From contig CM039001.1 of assembly GCA_017499595.2 (NCBI GenBank), forward strand, positions 1,984,001 through 2,048,000: a DNA stretch of 64,000 nucleotides, written 5' to 3'. The translations under genes were made by a program, and so were the position numbers. Within the stretch, counting starts at the first letter, position 1. Each line of letters starts with the position of its first letter. Positions 25,734 through 37,343 of this stretch are shown here, piece after piece. This DNA comes from Psilocybe cubensis. Taxonomy: Eukaryota. The notes beneath the pieces are model-generated. The model did not search any database. It was not told where the DNA came from and worked only from the letters and a program-made list of their open reading frames with translations.

Positions 25734-27162
25734 TCAGTTCGTGCGGTAAAGAGCACGTTTTGCGACCTTGACGATCAAAGGAGTATCGGGGAAAGCCAGA
25801 GCCTCGAGGTTAGTGGCGTACTAAGAATATAAACTTTAGTGTTCTGTTTGCACAATCGTTCGAAACTACATACAGGTGTGGGAACATCAGCACCAGTGAC
25901 GCGTTCTACGGGAGCATCAAGGTAATCGAAAGCTTCGCTTTCAACGATCTGAGCGCAGATTTCACTACCAACACCGAAAGCAGGGAATCCACCCTCAACA
26001 ATCACAAGACTGGAAATATGGTCAATGACTGGAGGAAACATGATTTTGGATGAGGACATACCGATTTGTCTTCTTGACTGATTTAATGATTGTCTCGATG
26101 TCAAGAGGACGAATGCTGCGAAGGTTAATAACCTCTGCATTAATACCTTCTTTGGCCAACTCCTCAGCGGCCTCCATGCTGTGAGTAACCATCTTGCTGT
26201 GTGCAACAATGGTGACGTCGGATCCTGCTCTCTCGACTTTGCACTTTCCGATAGGAATGAGGAAGTCGTCTGACATGGCCTCTTGGGACATGGGGAAAGA
26301 AACTCCGTACAACATTTCGTTTTCGAGGAAGACGACCGGGTTAGGGTCACGGATAGCGGACTGTTGGCGTAAGCATAAAGGATAGAATTTGAAGTAAAAG
26401 TGTAGATTACCTTGAGAAGACCCTTGCAATCTTCCGCACTCCATGGGCTGACGACTTTCAGTCCGGGGATTGAGCCATACCAAGCGGCATAGTCTTGAGA
26501 GTGTTGTGCAGCAACACCAGCAGCGGCGCCGTTGGGGCCACGGAATACAACAGGGCAAGGGACGTTGCCGCCCGACATGTAATATGTTTTACCCGCCGAG
26601 TTGACAATCTGGTCGATGGCTTGCATGGCAAAGTTGAAAGTCATGAACTCGCAGCTGCGAATTAATTAGAAGATGACAAGAGGTTAAACATTTGAAAAAC
26701 GCACATTGGACGGAGACCCTGCATGGCGGCACCGACAGCCAAACCAGCGAAACCCATTTCAGTGATGGGAGTGTCGACGACCCGCTTCTCGCCAAACTTG
26801 TCCATAAGACCCTTGGTGACCTAGACGATGAACGACTTAGCACAGAAGCGAAAGTGGACCTGGGTGACAGAGGAAATAACCTTGTATGCGCCGTTGTATC
26901 TGGCGACCTCCTCGCCGAGGATGAAGACGGTCTCGTCGCGAAGCATTTCCTCTTCCATTGCTACATTGAGAGCATCACGAACGGTCATCTGAAATTGCAG
27001 TCAGACAAATGGGTGGAATATAATGACGCGACTGGCCTGGTGGTCGCTCTCGGAGGTGGCATAGCTGCGGATGCCTCGGAAGGCCCTCCTGGAGACAGCT
27101 GGAGAAAGACGGGGATGGGAGAGGGCGGGGGCGAGACGGGAGAGGGCGAAGCGGGAGACCAT
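25734..27162 (-). CDS. PDB1: Pyruvate dehydrogenase E1 beta subunit, mitochondrial
   Basis: [70 protein letters not shown]. Confidence 0.97.
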
Positions 27163-27331
27163 GACTGTGGTAGGAGGAAGGGAGGAGGACTACAACTTGC
27201 AACTTTACCCAATTTTTGCGCCAGGTCATTTCTTTACGCTGGGGTTTCCTTTTATGGAGCCGGAGTATCGCGCGGCTCCATGACAAATGTAACCTCAGGT
27301 ATCCCGGTCCACCTCTTGTCGACTCCCTCTC

Positions 27332-28328
27332 ATGAAGCCAGCAGTCGTAGTTACAGGCGCCTCAAAGTCAGTCTCTTTTATGTCTTTTACCATTGCACAA
27401 GCTCAGCTATCACAGGGGAATCGGTCTCGAAGTCACCCGCATCCTCCTCCAAAAGTTTAATGCAAATGTGATCGCCATCTCGCGGACCCGCACACCGGAG
27501 TTGATCCAGCTGGGGTCAGACTCCCTTGTAATTGTAGAGAGCGACGTGTTAGTCGAAACGCACTCCTCTTTCTGTCCTTTTCTTATCCGTGCCGCGTTTT
27601 GCTCCGGTATTTAGCGCAGACGAAAAGGCCTTATCTAATGCCATCTCTCTCGGAGCATCTCGCTACCACGGAATCGATGCCCTCATTCTCAACGCGGGTA
27701 CACTTGATCCCCTGTGTCGAATAGGCGATGATACTCCATTGGATTCTTGGAAGCGCCACTTTGATGTTAACTTCTTCTCTCTTGTGACCGCCGTCAGAGC
27801 CGCTTTACCTTATCTGCGTAAAAGTGTCTTGGGTGGTCGAGTCGTCTTTGTTAGCTCTGGTGCCGCCGTCAAGGGCATGCCTGGTTGGGGTCCCTACAAT
27901 GCTGGTAAAGCTGCAATGAACTCGCTTTGCAGGCACATACCCATTTCATTCACTGTCGCTACTTGCATCTGAAATTCCGCGTGGCTTTAGGACTCTTGCA
28001 GAAGAAGAACCCGATATCGCATGTGTCGCTGTACGACCAGGGATGGTCGATACCGGTGTAAGTCTATATCTTCAAATGGATACGTTCACCTGTGCCCATC
28101 AACATTTATGCTACCCAGATGCAAGACACCCTGCGCGCTTTCGGTGGCTCCTACATGAACGAGAAAGATCACCAAATCTTCCTCAAAGTACATGAGGATG
28201 GTAAGCTCGTAAAACCTCAAGACTGTGGCCACGTTATTGCAGCGTTGTCTCTGCAGGCCCCCAAGAGTTTGAGTGGACAATTTGTTAGCTGGGATTCTGA
28301 GGAGTGCAAACCGTTCAGGAAGGAGTAA
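27332..28328 (+). CDS. Short-chain dehydrogenase/reductase (Irc24/YIR035C or sepiapterin-reductase-like)
   Basis: TGASKGIG (split by an intron), LNAG, VSSG, catalytic YNAGK, RPGMVDT. Confidence 0.9.
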
Positions 28329-28475
28329 TCAGCTTCTCTTTAGATGTCGGAAAGAAGTCGAATCTATAAATGCAAAAAAGCACACAATCGAATCATCTCA
28401 GACCGTTCTTTGATCGACTTCTAAGCCTGTCTTATTTAATTGCAATGGTCTCCCCGAGTTTCGTAGATCTTCTCT

Positions 28476-29687
28476 ATGCTCGGCTCGCTTTTGACCAGTG
28501 TCCAGCCATCCCAGAATTTCTGCGTTGACATTCACCACCATTATTTTACTCCCGACCTCAAAAAGGATAATCCAAATCCAAGTATTGGGTGGAAAACTCC
28601 TGCAGAAAATCTTCCATGGTCTCCAGAAATCAGCTTGCAAGCCATGGATAAAATGAAGATAAATGTTTCAATACTTTCTTTCCCATCACTTTCCACGGGT
28701 TCAGTGGGCGAGGAAAACAGGTCCATGGCCAGAACAAAAAACGAATATGCTTCAGAACTTTGTCGAGAATACCCTGAGCGCTTTATGTTCTTTGCAACAC
28801 TCCCATTCCTAGATGATGTTGAAGGTCCGTTAAAGTGATCCAGTTTGAAGTGAATCACTCTTTGAATCTGTCTTAAGGGTGCTTGGAGGAGATCGCGTAT
28901 GCAATAGATCAATTAAACGCCTGTGGTGTTTCTTTGTCGTCTTGCTATGGAGAAGGTCAATCCGCAAGTGGGTCACAAAACATACATCCGCTACTTGAAG
29001 TAGATTGATTGATCCACCAACCACCTTAGCTTACATAGGTGATAAGCGATACGACGCTGTATGGGAAGAGCTGAACCGTCGGCAAGCGGTTGTATTTGTT
29101 CACGGAAGCCAAATACCTGGCTCTACTCCGTGCCCCCATTCCTCCCTTGGCGTGCCTATTACCGAGGTTAGAACAGCATGTATCTCTCATCTATGCCATG
29201 CTCAGCGCCATACTAGGTGCCTAACGAGACATTTAAAGCAGCATCACACCTGGTGGTGACTGGACACCCCCGTAAATTCCCAAATGTCAAGGTCGTCCTC
29301 GCTCATCTTGGAGGTAGCACTCCCATGCTTGCTGCTAGAGTAGCAGTCTTGTCAAACCATATGGGATGTGAACTTACGCCAGAAGAAATCCTTGAAGACT
29401 TCAAGAAGTTTTACTACGAAACTGCGTTGAGCGGATACGAAGGCAGTCTCGCGGCTGTAGACAAGTTCATTCCACAAGACCACATTCTCTTCGGTACGGA
29501 CTTTCCAGGTAATGGCCAAAACATCTATGTTATTTAAGTGTTCATTAATTATGATCTATTAGCGGTCAGTACAAAAATGTCGCAATGGTTTACAAACAAC
29601 GTCAAAAACCACTACTCCGATGACATAGTAAAATTAAGGGGAGTAATGGGGAATAACGCAGTGCAGATGTTTAACAGAAAGCTGTGA
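28476..29687 (+). CDS. Amidohydrolase_2 (ACMSD-like) putative aromatic acid decarboxylase
   Basis: DIHHHY metal motif, FATLP, VVFVHG, LAHLGG, FYYET, ILFGTDFP. Confidence 0.88.
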
Positions 29688-29853
29688 AGGTTCGTCGTAT
29701 GTGCAGAAATAGGAATAACAATATAGGAAGTCTATTTGCTGTGTTGCAAGGGGTATATGCAAAGTTCCAAATGTCGTCAAAAAAAAAAACGTCGAGGGAT
29801 AGGTGTGGGAGTTGCCCAGTCAATTAGTGGTGTAGAAGGGTATCGTAATGTCG

Positions 29854-31800
29854 TTAATTCGTATCAGACTCATCGTCGGGCTGTTCATTTTCGTCTTCAG
29901 ATAACCACCGGAAAAGCTCTTTGAGACCTGCGCTTCCTCGCATAAGAGCTTGTCCGTGTCTTCCTTCTGGATCGTACCATAGGTTGTCGCCTGCACCATG
30001 GGAGGTAAGATATTTCTTGACGCGCTGCGAGAACTGTCAGATGAAATCAGAAGCATAATTGGGGTGACACACTTCAGAATGGACGATATCGTCCTTCCCT
30101 CCAAGAAGGAATAACGTTTTATGCAAATCGGTTGGATTGGGAATTTCTTCAAACCACAGGGAGTTTGACGTCCAACAAAAGTGGCGTTGCAGTAAATTGA
30201 CAACACCGATTTCAGTCCCAACAAAGTATCGCATAAGTAATTCCATGCCCTAACAAGGAATGTAAGCTGTGTATTTTATCTTTTAAAAATATGCGCCTAC
30301 AGTCATGCATGGGCGGTAGAAAAAGTTATAACAAACATCTAGACGATTTATTCAGTATATTTTGCAGTGAAAATAACAACCAACGCACCTCCTTCCCAAG
30401 AGCAGAAGGTAACGGGATCGACGAAACAGGATCGCGCAACTATGTCAGGATGTCCTTTCAATACCCACGCATGTGCGTAGGAGCCGCTAATACACATTGC
30501 ATCAATGGCAGTCATTGGATAAGGTAGGGTTGAACATACTTGGAATGACTAATTAAAGTCACTCCTCTTTTAGCTTTAGGAATGCGCAAGGGCGATGAAG
30601 CCCTTTCATTGTAGCCTTGATATTTTTCTTCAATATTGTCGTCAAGATCGACCCAGTCCAGATTCTGAAGCAAGTTTGCCAGGCGGTCAGCCATTTGATG
30701 TCGGCTTGGTGGAAGGAGAAAGTCTGAGTGAAAGAATGATTGGCTAATTTGAGGTTGGATGGGGATGAGTATGGGTCGGTCGGGAAACAGTTCTACCAAC
30801 TGCGCGAAAAAATCGTGGTATTGCAATAGGCCTAATCCAAGACCATGAATAAATACAACAGGACGGGGAGAAGACTTTTGGTCCCAATTTTCAGGAGTTC
30901 GCAATAGATATCTATGGAAATGAGTTACGGTAATTTGCCTAAAAAAAGAACTCACTCGAGACCGTTGGAATGACCATGAGTAAACCCCCACGATCTTGTG
31001 TACAATGCCCGTATAACAGAGTTAACAAAGGTGACAATGACATAGAATGTTAGAGGTCTCCACAAGATATTTATCTTGTCGATTGTTAGTCGCATGGGTG
31101 TGATAGTTGAATTGAAGCCCTCTTCAAATTTGCTTCCAGCGCGCTTTTGCAACAATGCTACGGCCTCGTCTATAGCTATTCGCTGGGTGGCCGAGATAGA
31201 ATCCCGAGAAGGGAGATCCGAGTTATACATTGCCCAAAATAGCCATTTTTGTATGTCTAAGAGTTTGATGGAGGACCATGGAACCTTGCAAAACCATGTT
31301 CTCAGACAGTGTCGAAAATCGATGGCGCGAGGGTCGTGTCTTTCCAACTGAGTGATTGTCTCTGCAGGACTGCCAGGTCTTTTTATGAGGAGGGTTTCTA
31401 TGTCGCCGCCGTCCTCGGGTAGGTTAGCCAGTCCAGCCTTCAGCAAGCGAGTATAGGCGACCTGTATCTCGTCAGGGTCACCCGGACCATAAGGAGACGG
31501 ACCGGATACGCGACGAGCAAGGTGGTAGTGGTAGAGACTGAAAATTGTCTATACAGAAGCTGTGAGCGGAATAGAACGAGAAGCAGAGAAGAGACTCGCC
31601 TCGCATGATGAGACAAGCAGCAAAAGATGTCTGGAGGGTCCGTAGGCGAGCCATTTGGAATCGTAGATAGAGTAGAGGGTGTAAAGCCAGGCGAGAGGAA
31701 TAGCAGACCAGAGAGGGACAACTGCGGCGAGTAGAACGATGTAGAACGACCAGCTCCTGGCCCTGGGGAGGGGAGGGAGCTCGGAGAGGTCGTAGGACAT
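29854..31800 (-). CDS. Membrane-anchored alpha/beta-hydrolase-fold protein
   Basis: N-terminal TM segments, VVFIHGLGLG oxyanion region, ISHSxGS nucleophile elbow, FVDP, GGKDDIV and C-terminal HG. Confidence 0.8.
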
Positions 31801-31959
31801 GAGAGTTGGCGGAGGAGACGCGTAAAGTGTCTTAAGTGCGCGTGAAATAAGTGCCGCCACGTGGTTTATGTAACAAGTCGGGCGCGCTGAACGCAGTCCG
31901 TCGTCCATCGGAACCATTCTTTTTTTTCTTCATCACCACTATCAAAGCCAGCGTCTGTG

Positions 31960-33565
31960 ATGTTGCGCAACGCCCTCGCCAACGTTTCCCGCCCTCTTGT
32001 CGCCCAAGCGGTACGTTGTCTTCTCCCTTTTTTTATCTTATCGCCAATTTTCACCTTGTTTCTCGCTCCAGAGGACGGCCACCACCCTTTCGGCTGGTTT
32101 CCCAAAAATTATTGACCGAGTATATACCTTTTCTTTTCTTGTCGTGGCCTCGATTGACCCCTTTTTTCAAGCCTTCCACAAAGTATGGAGGCGTCTACAC
32201 CGTTCGTTGTTTCCTTATCATTCTCTCCGCCGTCTTCTCTTACCCTCCCGCAAGGTTACGTTAATTCCCGGTGACGGTATCGGTGCAGAAATCACAGACT
32301 CGGTCAAGGAGATCTTTGAGTATGTCAATGCCCCCATTGAATGGGACCAGTATGACGTTTCGGGAATGTCGTCCTCTGGCGAGGCCCTTTTCAAGCAAGC
32401 CATGGATAGCTTGAAGCGCAACCGTGTCGGTCTCAAGGGTATTGAGCATTCCAAATATTTCCTGTTTATACCAGTTTTTTAAAATCAGACTCTTCAAGGT
32501 ATCCTTTTCACGCCCATCTCCCAGTCTGGTCATATTTCGTGGAATGTTGCTATGCGCCAGCAGCTGGATATCTATGCCTCCGTGGTCTTGTGCAAATCTC
32601 TCCCTGGTTTCCCCACCAGGCATAACAACGTCGACTTTGCCATCATTCGTGAGAACACGGAAGGTGAATACTCTGGCCTGGAGCACCAGAGTTATCCCGG
32701 TGTTGTCGAGAGCTTGAAGGTTTCCACCAAAGCCAAGGCCGAGCGTATTTCGCGATTCGCCTTCGACTTTGCCCTCAAGAACAACCGTAAAGTGTGTCCT
32801 GATACTTAGTTTGCTTTGCTTTATGGCTTATGTTTTTTCAGAAAGTCACTTGCGTACACAAAGCCAACATCATGAAACTTGGTGACGGTTTGTTCCTTAA
32901 CACGTTCCGTCGCGTTGCTGAGGAGTACAAGTCGTCTGGCATTGAGTTCAACGACATGATCGTTGACAACACGTCAGTATTTCAATGCCATCAGGCCCTT
33001 TTCCTTCTCATCGACTTTTTCCAGTTCTATGCAACTTGTTGCCCGTCCTGGTCAATTTGACGTCATGGTCATGCCCAACTTGTATGGCGCCATCGTTTCC
33101 AACATTGGTGCGGCGCTTGTCGGAGGACCAGGTATTGTCCCAGGTTGCAACGTTGGCCGTGTTCGTGATACGTTTACTCTATGTGAAGCATCCGTCCTGA
33201 CATTTGTATAGGAATACGCCCTCTTTGAGCCTGGATGCCGTCACGTTGCTTCTGACATCATGGGTACCAATCGTGCTAACCCCACTGCAATGATCCTCAG
33301 CGCAACTATGATGCTTCGCCACCTTGGGTATGTTTTCTAGAATCTGTGCATTGAGTCAATTTTCTCATATTCTCTCAGTCTGGACAACCTGGCAAATAGC
33401 ATTGCCAGTGCAACATTCGGTGTCATTAACGAGGGCAAAGTTCGCACTGCTGACATGGGCGGTATGCCGACTTTATTTCTCACTGGCATTTCATGTAAAC
33501 TAATGCATCTTGTAGGCTCGGCTTCTACATCCGACTTTACTGCTGCTATCATCAAGAAGTTATAA
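31960..33565 (+). CDS. IDH1: NAD-dependent isocitrate dehydrogenase subunit 1 (regulatory), mitochondrial
   Basis: [62 protein letters not shown]. Confidence 0.96.
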
Positions 33566-33779
33566 GTCAGTGGACAACATTCGTTAGCTATTCATCTAGA
33601 TTGAGGAGTACCCTTGGATTATCGGGCTAGCTACATTACTGTTGTTCTCTCGCCCATCTTAATTGGCGATATTTTGGATAGGTGTAAAAGTATTCCCTTT
33701 AAATAGCAGGACAATGTTTTCATTTAGATCGCAATATTTCTGGACCTTGCCCATAAAATAGGCAAAAACCGATCCTTCA

Positions 33780-35305
33780 CTATACGTTTTCGCATTTCTT
33801 CTTAGATATTGATGGAAAATCCAAGTTAACATCGTCATATATCACATCCTGGTCGAGTGACGCTTCGTACTCTTCCCATGTGAGACGTTTTATTTTCTTC
33901 TGCACATGCGGTTTTGAATGCGACAAATCATCACTGACGGCAGGCTTTTCTGTCTGCAATGCACTGCGATTGGATTCCATCGGTCGTTCCTTGCGCAGGT
34001 GCAAAATTTTCATACACTGGACTTCTGACCGTTTTCCCCATTCATTAACCTCTGGGCGAAATTCGGCGTATAATGACCACGCCCTTGCGTTCAGTTCTTC
34101 CGGTGCGTAGCTATCTGCTAGCATCTTCATCGCTCCGATTATAAACGGAGTAGTCTGCCGGAATGAACGTGAAATGTAAGAGAAGGCAGTTCCAGGTGCG
34201 ACAGGACTTCCATTGGATAGAGCGCGCCAATGGCCCGCTTGGGTCCGGTATAATGGCCTAAGAAGGGTGTTACAACCTCAAAGGAGTCTCTAGACAAAAG
34301 GCTCACACTCTGTAACATCGTTTTAACATGATAAAAAGTTACCATAATCGAAGAGTATGCATACCGACGTCCCATTAAATCAACGTAAGGTTGTGAATCG
34401 GATTTTGATGCTTCCTTGCCTTTTTCGTTGTCTTTCGCGTAGATACCCAGAGATACACCTTTTGAAACCGCGTTTAATTCGGTGTAGACCGAAGCTTTGC
34501 GTTGGGTAAACATCAGGATGTTCACCATTAATGAAATACCCGATCTGTACATACCGATACTCAAAGCCTCCTCTCGTGAAAAGTGTAATCGTTCGGCGAC
34601 GACCATTGCCCATGACATCATAACCGGCGCTCTGTTGATGATGGCAGACTTGCCTTTCAAGTTCTGTTACAGGATTAGATAGACTGAACACTACGACGCG
34701 CATTATTTTCACCTCTTCATCCATCACTTCGTTGAAACTCAGCCCTGCTGGAGGCTCTGTCTCGTCCTCAGGCCCATTGGGTAGAAATTCGTTTATCTCT
34801 TCAGGTCTCTTCCTCTTTCTTTTGGTGGGCGTGGACTGTAGGAATAAATAAGGCGACAGATACAATAGAAGGGAAGATATGTACAGACCATTCGAGAAAC
34901 AGTGCTCGGTCTACACGAAGGAGAGGTTTTGCTAGAAGACAAATGACTACCAGATGCTTCTGCTGCAGGCGACAACTGGATCTTTGGCAAAGACTTGGGT
35001 GCGGATATATAGCCCTCTTTACGCAGCACATTCATAACTATCTTACGTTCCTCTTGACTATCCAACCCAGCAGCTTTCAGCTTAAAATCGTTCAACTGGG
35101 AGAGCGTCGAATGGGTATTGTATTGCTTGTATCTTGGGGTAAAGGCTTGTGAGATTCAAAGCTTGAGCAAAATTGCACGTCACAGACGCGGGACGAACAC
35201 TTTGCCAGCAATGGCCATAGCTTTAGGAATGGGTACATTGTTAGATGTCAAGAGCTTGAGGAAAGCAGGAAGAGGTATTTTGGCGTTGGGCTGGTTTGAG
35301 TCCAT
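33780..35305 (-). CDS. Uncharacterised protein: possible SAM-like N-terminus, KRKRKR NLS, conserved-looking NRAP...AER...EFRP C-terminal domain
   Basis: Multi-exon ORF MDSNQPNAKIPLPAFLK...INRAPVMMSWAMVVAERLHFSREEALSI...AWSLYAEFRPEVNEWGKR joins through GT-AG introns. Confidence 0.75.
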
Positions 35306-35471
35306 CGGTAGCTTCGAATGGAGTGATGACAGATGTTGGTTTATTAGCCGAAATACCTCGATCTCCATAAATAGGCATGCAAACCAACTTAGTCACGAAC
35401 CAAAGCCGAGTTTCCGCAGAACATTGCCCCGTATTCCCAGGTGCCTTGTTTACTCTCGAAAGCGCGTTGGG

Positions 35472-37263
35472 ATGATGAATCAAGACCAAGAACAGTCGGA
35501 CATAGATGTAGATCTAAACGATCTCAGGGTCGAACAGGAGATTGACGAACTCGAGGAAGATGATTTCGCCTCTGCAAGCGACGAAATTGAAGGCGGGATT
35601 TACGATGTTGCATTGCCTGAGCCCATAGTACGAATGGTTACAACAAAACAGTTGCATCGTAAGGTCTATCTTATCTGTATACATGCATGGGTTGACCTTG
35701 TATGCTATTTACAGGGATGATTCATGAGGGTGAAGTTGACATCAGTCCACCATATCAGAGAGGTCTGTCTCAAAAATATAGACTCTCCAACTTTTTTGCT
35801 GAACTAGATCCAGGCGACGTATGGACAGACTCGAAGCGGACTGGTTTGATTGATTCTATATTTCGCAATTTTTTCATTCCACCTGTTATTTTTGCCGTTA
35901 CAATGGAGGAAAATGAAGAAGTTCGTACATGCGTTGACGGTAAACAGGCGAGTTACTTTCTTCATGCTTAAAGACCGTCGCGAATAAATAGTGTGCTATC
36001 ATAGCGTTTGACATCAATACAAAAGTTTTACGACGGACAAGTGAGTTACTTACTCTCCAAGGCCTATGGTTTTGCAATTGATGTTGACCTCTACAATCGC
36101 ACAAGGTACCACGTATCTTGCTCTCGATTTTTCTTTGGATGCACTGTTTTGCTAATATAAATTAGACAAGGACAGTAGAAATGGAAAAAAATACTGGTAC
36201 ACTGCTCCAGCCAACTCTGGAAAAGTCGAACTCCCCGAGTTTTTCAAGGAACAATTCCAGAGGAAAGAGATTACAGTTGGTAAGCAAATACAACTTTCTG
36301 AACAAGGAAATGCATCTGATATTTTATCATCATGAAGTCGAATTCCACGGTATTGCTCCAGGGACAGAACGAGAACTATTCCAGAGAGTACAATTGGGTA
36401 TGCCATTGACTGCAGCAGGCGAGTTGTACTTCGTTTTCACTTTTTCAACCAACTCAACCTGCATCCGTTGTTATGCAGAGAAAGTTCAAGCAGTCGCATC
36501 ACCATGGGCCGAGTAAGCAAACGAGACTAATTTGCCGTTATTGATCGAGAAACACTCACACAACTATCAGGTGGATTGGGCAGCTAATAACCAGGCATAT
36601 TTCTACGGAAGACGGCTTGGGTCACAAACTAGACTGGGACATTAACAGAGGGCGAGATTTCCAAAATGTTGCCCATATGATTTTTTGCTGCGACGGGATA
36701 AAAGAGCAGCCACTTCCTACTGCACAGAAGATAGAACGATGGATACATCGCGAAGATCATCCTTCGAGGCAATTTCAAGAAGATATAGATAGAGTGCTTA
36801 GGTGTTTGTGGGTGATTGCAAATGAAAAACGATACTCGGACGCGTTCGTAAAAGTGCAACAACGGATAGCACCAGTAGAGTTCATCTTCATCGGTATGCT
36901 CTTGCTTTTTGTTGCATCTATTGGCTGCATACTAAATTTGCAACAGGCGTCTTGTTATATGTTTTGAAGAGAGAAAATTACGAAACACAGTCAAAGGCGA
37001 TCTACACTCTCCGGAAAACCATTCGGTCAGAATTTAAAGACATCCGCAACAATGGCGATGTGGGCAAAGCAATGTGGAGACATATCAATGAACTTCGAGA
37101 ACGGCCGCATGCAACCCAACTATCAAATTATACCTTTGTCTCGCCCATCAAAACCACCAAACGCAAGAGGAACAGCGGAGTCGACGAGGACGACGAGGAA
37201 TTCCGACCCAAACCCATCAGGTCAATCGGGAAAGCCATCAAAACGCGAGCAAAACGCACATAG
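35472..37263 (+). CDS. DUF262 (GmrSD N-terminal, ParB/Srx-like) domain protein
   Basis: Spliced PPYQRGDVW...LIDSIFRNFFIPPVIF...CVDGKQRLTSI...ELFQRVQLGMPLT gives the QR, DGxQR and FxxxN-like motifs of DUF262. Acidic N-terminus, basic C-terminus. Confidence 0.88.
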
Positions 37264-37343
37264 CCATGATATTTCCTATACAATACCGTCCATCTTATCG
37301 TTATTTATATATGTAGTATATCAGAGTAGGTAAGGAGTAGAGG

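Noticed and set aside
26692..27471. 259-aa plus-strand ORF
   Set aside because: Antisense to GC-rich PDB1 exons and runs across the PDB1/SDR promoter; codon-bias artefact.
35472..37263. Bacterial contamination or recent HGT for DUF262
   Set aside because: Multiple spliceosomal introns, and composition and context like the flanking fungal genes.
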